Source: a virus
Lineage: Duplodnaviria > Caudoviricetes
IMG/VR virus record: IMGVR_UViG_3300012983_000040
Span: 1 to 64,000 of that record
Length of the DNA: 64,000 nt
Reading direction: 5' to 3' (one strand)
The first letter of the stretch is position 1, and the number at the start of each line of letters is the position of its first letter. Of the stretch, positions 57,266 through 64,000 are shown in pieces. The notes under the pieces are model-generated. The model saw only the letters and a list, made by a program, of their open reading frames with translations. It was not told where the DNA came from and searched no databases. The translations under genes and the position numbers were made by a program.

Positions 57266-57297
57266 CAAATATAGCAATTTATTCTGATTTGTGCAAA
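57266..57297 (-). promoter_or_regulatory. Bacteroidota primary-sigma promoter upstream of gene L and the giant-gene operon
   Basis: TTTG-N20-TATATTTG on the - strand, in the only sizeable intergenic gap of the block. Confidence 0.75.
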
Positions 57298-57332
57298 TTA
57301 ATATGTGTTAAAAATAATTAATTTTACTATAT

Positions 57333-58025
57333 TTATTTGCCTACTTTCTTTAATAGCTTTCCACCATTATAGTAAATTGAAAATACTCTATTCGAGAATA
57401 TAGGATTAAAGGTTTTAACTTCTAAAGGCTAATACTCTACTTGAGGTACATTATTTGTCCAATATTCAGTATATTGATCTAACATAGTTTTATCTGGTTT
57501 CCACTATGTTGTAACTGGATAATTATTTAATAATTGATCTAAATCTAACTAAGGAGGTAATGCTACTCGTGTATTATCTACTGGCGCAGTCTCCTGTTGA
57601 TATACTGAATATTTAGGTTTATTTTTATTTTTATTTATTCTTTGATTATACCCTTTAGTAAATAAATCTTTTTCGTATTGTCTTCTTTTTGAAATTCCTT
57701 TTACTAAATGTGGTTTAGAGTCTTGATCTCCGTACATATGATTTAATACATCTTCAACAGTTCCAGTTCCATTATATAATTTTACTAGATAAGGAATTGT
57801 TCTATTTTTAAAGATAGTACTACCTATATTATACGAAAGTGAAAATAAACCATCTAATTCATCGTCTGACATTTGATCTAAAATTCCAGCCTATTTTAAA
57901 TATTTATTAAAATAATAAGCTTCATTTTCAAATGAATTATTTGTTTTCATTGATGAACCTTCCCATTGAATTATTTGCTTTTTAATTCTTTCTGAAGGTA
58001 TATAGGTATTATTTTTCTTTGGCAT
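57333..58025 (-). CDS. Lysozyme-like (GH24-type) protein K (230 aa, four TAG)
   Basis: WEG...DELDGLFSLSYNIG...KGISKRRQYEKDLF resembles the phage muramidase C-lobe. Confidence 0.7.
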
Positions 58026-58581
58026 CTTTTAATTCAACATAATCAGGTTCACGTTCATCCTACTATTTTATATAAGAAAACATTTTATTACCAAGTCGTT
58101 TATAGTCAGTGTCCGATTTAGTTTCATTTGCTTTCTTAGCCATACGAATTAATGTACGCGTATTTTTACGACTGAAAATTCGTTCTCCTCCTTCTAGTTC
58201 CATTTGTACTTCACCATTTGGACCAATAACCTTCATAGTAGGAACATCTTCATCTGTATCAATTTCATCTCCAGGTTTTACACCAGAATTCTAGTTTAGT
58301 TCTAATACATAATTTACATTGTCTTCTTCAGCAATGGTTTCACTGAATGGTTTTCCCTTATAAATTGAGATTACAGTATAATCTTCATCTATAAAGATTA
58401 TATCAAGTGGTATTTCTGTATCTTGCATCCAAAACTAGACGGTTTGCGGGGAGTCAAAGACAAATAACATGCCTTCATCCTTAGGCAATTCTTTGACTCC
58501 CTATAAACCCTTTCTGCGTTTTTCATCTGTGTCAGCTATTTTGACTTTATATTCTTTATTATTTATTTTAATTGTTTTCAT
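58009..58581 (-). CDS. DUF192-family protein J with C-terminal extension (190 aa, five TAG)
   Basis: IADTDEKRRKGL(TAG)...GMLFVF...FWMQDTEIPLDIIF. Missing from the ORF track because of the TAGs. Confidence 0.85.
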
Positions 58582-59984
58582 TACATATCATCTGGAGCAT
58601 TATTCATTAAAGAAGAATCGACCTATTGTGGTTCTACTTGAGGCTATGATATATATTTTTCAATCTGAGGAAGTCCTGGAATATAATCTGTTGTATCTTC
58701 AGAAGTAAATCTAACTCCTGTCTATTGTTCTGGGGTAATTCCAGACATCTATAGATCTGGGTATTTACGCATAAGTAATTTAATTGCATTAGCTGCTGCT
58801 TTCTTCTAAGCATCAGTTAAAAGAGTTGGATCTTGTTCTTTCTTATTACTAGAGTCTCCCCAGAATCCCCACTCTTTACCTTGTCGATATACCTATATAA
58901 GACCAAACGGAATATCCATTGCCCACATTCCTGACTTCGCATAATTTTTTATTCCTTTATGGTTATTTGCCCATGCCTTTAACTTGTCTGGTACCCATTT
59001 CCAATTTATTATTGGTGTTTTTTTAACTATTTTATTATAGACCTTTGGTACTACCGCCCTTCCTCCGAAATAAGTAATAGATTGCCCTCCTGGAGATGTA
59101 ATAAAATTCCAAACAGGACTACCTTCATTGGTAGCATCATTTTTATTAGGATCTGAAGTTATAAAACGCTGTTTATAAAATGTACCATCACTTAATGGAA
59201 TTTCTGGAGTATCAATCTTATAACCTAGTCTCGATAAATATGCCCATAATCCTTTTTCCTCACTATCTGTAGGAATATGATTTTGGTTCTCATACATATG
59301 ATTTATATTTGCTTCATTCTATCTTTCTGTATTTTCATCAAGAACTGTTTGTCTTGCGTATGCTGCCGCATCTGCTGTTCCTAAACCTAAAGCTGCCGCT
59401 AGTCTTGGGTATTTTGCTAATGCACTTACATAGGGTCCTGCTAATGATGTAGCAGCTAATGTTCCATTTATTGCTGCCTATTCATAATCTCCTTGAGCAA
59501 TATCATTAACTGTCTATGCCGCATTATAACCACCTATACCAATATTTAAAGCTGTCAATACAGGTTTAATTACAGGCATTGCTGGAGCTAAGACTTCTGG
59601 AAGGAATGGAGCCGCTCCTGTAACCATTAGAGCTAATCCTAAATCCTATGGGTCTCTATTTTGTAAATCTCTATGGTTTTGAGCCTATTGAACTTCAAAG
59701 TTTGTTCTATTTTCATCTATCTCTTCAGAGGGCATTGCTCTATTAGCTTCATATTCTGAAGTTGGAATTAATCTACCAGTTTTTAAATCAACTAAGAATA
59801 CTTTATTTGGATCAGCTGCGTGCTACTTTTTGGCCTAAGAATATCCCTAAGCAGATGGATTTAAATCTTCAAAATGAAAATAATCCCAACCCATCTTTTT
59901 TAAGGTTGGATCGGTTGGAGTTTTAGCTGCCCTAGGTAATTTTTCTGTGAGTCCTCCAAACTAATATTTTTTTATTAACTTCAT
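58581..59984 (-). CDS. Virion/cargo protein I (467 aa, TAG=Gln) with hydrophobic helices
   Basis: MKLIKKY(TAG)FGG start; ends APDDM-TAA, TAATG-coupled to J. Confidence 0.72.
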
Positions 59985-61822
59985 ATCATTTTTCCTGTAT
60001 TATCCTCAGTGTTATACAATATCTCTTTAACTAATAACTTACCTGCTTCTATAGCAGCCTCGTCTGTATGTTTTTTACTTAATTCTTCTAATTTTTTAGT
60101 AACTTCAAGTCTGAAGATTATTTCTTCACGTTCAACTTCTGCCTATTGGATAACTTCACCGTCTTCAGATTCAACTATTACTGGAATACCCTTAGTAGTT
60201 ACATCCTCAAACTTTTCATCTACTTCTTCAAGATGATGTTTATTCTTATGTAAAGCTCCATCAGGAATAACATTTACCTTTCCTCCTTCTTTATATGCGG
60301 GATAGTAATACCCATTTCCGTTTTCATCTACAAAATTTACAGGAGCTCCTGTTTCTGATATATTATCTTCGTCTTCTCCTATATATTTTAGCATTTTACC
60401 CTCAATAGGAACCCACTAATTAATAGTATACTACGAAATTTTTGATTCTGCAGGACCTAATGGTAGATTATCTACAAATTTCCATGCAATCTGATTATAA
60501 AGATTTTCAGGAAGTATTGAGTATTGCATATCTTCATCTTTCAACATTGGATTATACCAAACCTTCCAACCTTTAGGAAATTTATATTTTACATAAGATA
60601 GTAACTAATCTTTATGTTCTTGTGGAGAATCTCCCCACACGTCAGTATAAAAGTAATTTTCTTTATCATTATAATGAATAAATGGAGGCAATTTTGTTGG
60701 AATTTCATCTGAAGAATCTACTTGATCTTTAGTTATATTTCCTCCATTTTGCTATTTCTTTATTTTATGTTTACTTAAAGTTCGTTTAGTAAATTGAAGA
60801 ACTGCTCCTTGTTTAGCTGCTGCTGGACCGAAATTAGTTACTCTATCTGGACCTCCAGTTAAATCCATATTAATTCTTTGTGCTATCATTCCGATATCTG
60901 TAGTAAAGTCACGTTTAGCATCTGTTAATATAGAATCTGCAACTACTGTTTTTCTATTTGCGTCTTCAATAGAATTTTTAATTTTATTACCTCCTACTAT
61001 AAATCTTCCCTGATTTTTTCTAGCCTAATCACCTATGTTCCCATAACTATGTGAAGCATTAACCATAGCATTTTCATGATAAGTGCCAGCTTTTTTGCCC
61101 AATAGTCCTAAACCTGGTACTAATGATAGAGCTGAATTGGCGAGATCTATTCCTGTGTTTCCAGTATCAGATCCTTGATTGTTTATTCCAAGTTTCTATC
61201 CCATTAGTAAAGCTCCTCCATATAATGTAACAAATGGATTACCAGATTTCATTGCTGCCTATCCAACAGTACTTGCAACTTCTTGAGCCATTTGATTATT
61301 CTTATTATTGGCCTATTCTTTCTAAGGCATAAAGTTACTTGCAAATCCTAGTAATCTACCGGTATTTCCTAAACCATTACCTATAGCTTGTCCAAAGTCA
61401 AAATGTTTATTTCCATCTTCATCTTCACTAAATAGACCTTTTTCTGGATTAAAGTCTTTCCAAATTCCTGTATTAATAGCAAAATTTCCAATTCCACGAC
61501 CTAAACTAGAAACTCCATTTAATAAAGATTTGCCAAGATTAAATTTATTTTTTTCTTTAGAGTTTGAATCACTTAAAGGATTTGAATTTTGTTTATTCTG
61601 TGGATTTAGTTTATCTAATGACTTATCATCTAAAAAACTGTACTAAGATTTTAAATCAGCACTAACCTACTAATTAAATCTATCATTCATCTTAGTATAA
61701 GCATCAGAGTATCCTCCCCCAAAAGATAATCCATATGGATTATTGGATGTTCTATCTCCAGGTTTAGGCTATGTACGTTGTAAGAATGGAGAATCCACAT
61801 TAAATGAATAATTTGTTGCCAT
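59981..61822 (-). CDS. Virion/cargo protein H (613 aa, TAG=Gln)
   Basis: Frame checked line by line, with only TAG interruptions. C-terminal VNVIPDGALH...KGIPVI...AEVEREEIIF domain. ATGA-coupled to I. Confidence 0.8.
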
Positions 61823-61823
61823 A

Positions 61824-64000
61824 TTATGAATAACTTATTGTGTACATAGTTTTGATAGCATATATAACTGCTAAATCTTCTCCACTATATCGTACTTTAA
61901 TTCTTATAAATTTATCTCTTAATCTTGTTTGTTTTTCCTGCCACTTTTCAAATTGCCACCACTTTGTGATTTGATTCTATTCATCTGAGTATTTCTCAGA
62001 TAAATAAATAGGTAATTCTATTTTGCTGGCTTTTTTTGGAGGTAAACTTTCCTAAATTGGAGTATAGTATACATTTAAGGGTGGATATTTGGTTTTAGTG
62101 TCATACTCCCAATTTTCATTCTTTTCAGCGTATAAAATTGGTGGAATTTGTACATACCACTCATCCTCTTTATAATGACAATTACCTAAACGTCTACCAT
62201 AGTTTATATACTTGTAGTATCTAAACCTTTCTTGTTCAGCATCCCATTCTTTTTTAACAGGAATATTTGTTTCATGCTGTAACTAATCGTAAGTAATTGC
62301 ATTAATTTCCACTTCTTGTCCCTGATCCATACAACGTGCAGGAGTGTGAACTTGTAGTTTAAATTCTCCCATTAACTTATCGTATACTACTTCAGTTCCT
62401 ATCATATTTTGATAATCTTGTGATAATGATGTCATATTCTGATATGAATCATAAATTTCGTTAAGAGTATCATTTCTATGATAGTATAATGGGAATAATG
62501 TTGACTTATCATAGTAATTCATGTACCACTCTTTACGTTGGGATGGGTCTAGTTTTTCATACTTTCTATCATAAGTAATATCTCCATTATTCCATTGATA
62601 AATATGTTTAAGTGCTTCTTGCCTCCAGAAAATATTTTTCTTTTCGTCTGCAAATGTATAACTTTCTCCAACAACTTCAAAATGAAATGACTCAGGTTTT
62701 GCCTTATTAGCTATAAGTTGTAATGTATTAAATATTTTTTGGAACTATTGATTTTCAGCAACGATAAATTCAAATTCAAATGGATGTTGCTTTCCATACC
62801 ATTTAGTTGGCAAGATGTCATCTCTAGTTTCCATTAAACCTGCGTAACCATGTTTCCAGAAGGAAGTATTTTTAAAGTTCTCACAATAGCTTGATGTTGC
62901 AAGTGCCAATGTAGTATAAATTGTTCTAGATGAAGTTCCAATATTTCTACTATCTACAGCGGCATAATTTATATTGATAGTAATTTTAATTGGGAGTTTA
63001 TATAGATTTGGTTTATCTAAGGTTTTTAATACTTCATCTCCAGCGCATAGAACATTTCCATCTTCTAGTTCAAATAAACTACTATGCGGAGAGTCTACTT
63101 TGTCGTATTTTATAGACACATATTGATTTTCACCAGAATTTTCTCTAATATGTTCTTCCCATAACTTATAATCTGCTAGTTCAGAAAAATTTAATTTTCC
63201 TATAACTCTTTGTTTTATAATTCTTGGATAAGCATCTTCCGATTCTAATTTAATTAACGATGGATCTGCATATATTTTTGCAATATACTTAGAAGTGTCT
63301 CTATCAAATGAGAAGAATATGTTATCTATGTTTTCTGAGTAAGATGGTACCCACGAGTAGAATGTTATAAATCTCTCTAATGGTTCATTAAAGCATAAAT
63401 TCCAAACTTTCTCTTCTATTGAATCTACATCATCATAGAAAGTAAACATTATATCACCTTTAAATGCATTATAATGTGTTTTTACATTTCTAATTCCGAT
63501 TGTAGGAATAGTTTCATACTCTCCTAATGTTATATTTTCATTTAAGAATCGTTGAACCTTAAAATCAGAAATTGTTTTAAGTTTAAATGTAGGTTTAAGA
63601 CTTCCTTCTAGTGCTACTCTCCAAATACGTTTAGCAACAGTATCTACTCCATAAATACAAGTAGGAGTTTTTATAACACTCTCTTGCCACTATGATCCAA
63701 ATTCTGAATTTAAGAAGTATGGTGTGTCAGGTAATACATTAGCTGTAGTTATAAATACAGTTGCATTTTTCTAATCTGCTGCTAATTGGCTTGCCTAAAC
63801 AGCCAAGTATCCAGTAGCATGTTCAAACGTACAGAAAATATCTCCAGCTTTTTCAATAAGACTAACTAATTCTCCATGAGCAGAACTGTAATCTTGATAG
63901 TGTAAGTCTCTAAATATTCTATATCCATTTGTAAATGAATTCTTCACAGATATATCAGAATATAATACCCTAGTTGAGAAATTATTCTTAATTGCAGGAA
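61824..64000 (-). CDS. 3' part of a large tail protein (crAss-like tail stabilization/muzzle-type), begins beyond the window
   Basis: FTFY...NLCFNE...FITFYSW and C-terminus RDKFIRIKVRYSGEDLAVI...ISYS-TAA; TAG=Gln. Function from recall of crAss-like gene order. Confidence 0.65.

Noticed and set aside
21926-60236. Short + strand ORFs in the track (21926, 27414, 30307, 41864, 47231 and others)
   Set aside because: They are antisense shadows of the long recoded genes and have no motifs.
21769-63449. Reading the fragmented - strand ORFs as pseudogenes or sequencing errors
   Set aside because: The fragments keep one frame over 1-11 kb, the interruptions read are all TAG, several fall at conserved Gln positions, and clean TAA/ATG junctions bound the genes.
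1-64000. Amber suppressor tRNA, other tRNA or rRNA genes, CRISPR arrays, inteins, group II introns
   Set aside because: No cloverleaf, repeat-spacer array, intein ends or RT motifs were seen by eye. A suppressor tRNA is expected elsewhere in the genome; tRNAscan or Aragorn on the full contig would settle it.

Overview
A 64 kb, AT-rich piece of a crAss-like bacteriophage genome (Crassvirales-like; Bacteroidota host inferred from TTTG-N19/20-TAnnTTTG promoters and the absence of Shine-Dalgarno motifs). It has two convergent blocks that meet at a terminator near 21.72-21.77 kb. (1) The + strand block (1-21.7 kb) holds replication and nucleotide-metabolism genes: nrdD/nrdG, dUTPase, ATP-dependent ligase, family A DNA polymerase, thioredoxin, thyX, an OmpA-like protein, three metallophosphoesterases and an AAA ATPase. 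Five group I introns interrupt it (nrdD twice, dut, polA, one phosphoesterase). Each intron carries a homing endonuclease ORF preceded by its own host-type promoter. (2) The - strand block (21.77-64 kb) looks shredded in the ORF track but reads as 12 contiguous genes when TAG is read as Gln (genetic code 15). It includes a ~3,700 aa virion RNA polymerase (RIPAQ...QGSDYDVDK), other giant cargo proteins, a lysozyme-like protein, a DUF192 protein and the 3' part of a tail protein. The most notable observations: two intron endonucleases in the otherwise amber-free block need TAG read-through, so homing may be gated by the code switch; four consecutive giant proteins carry Cys residues at facing termini, suggesting a head-to-tail chain; and a K-x-Q-x-G-G motif recurs in the cargo module. 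Limits: all work was by eye. The giant reading frames were checked through frame consistency of the ORF fragments, junctions and sampled stretches, not at every codon. No suppressor tRNA is visible in this window.
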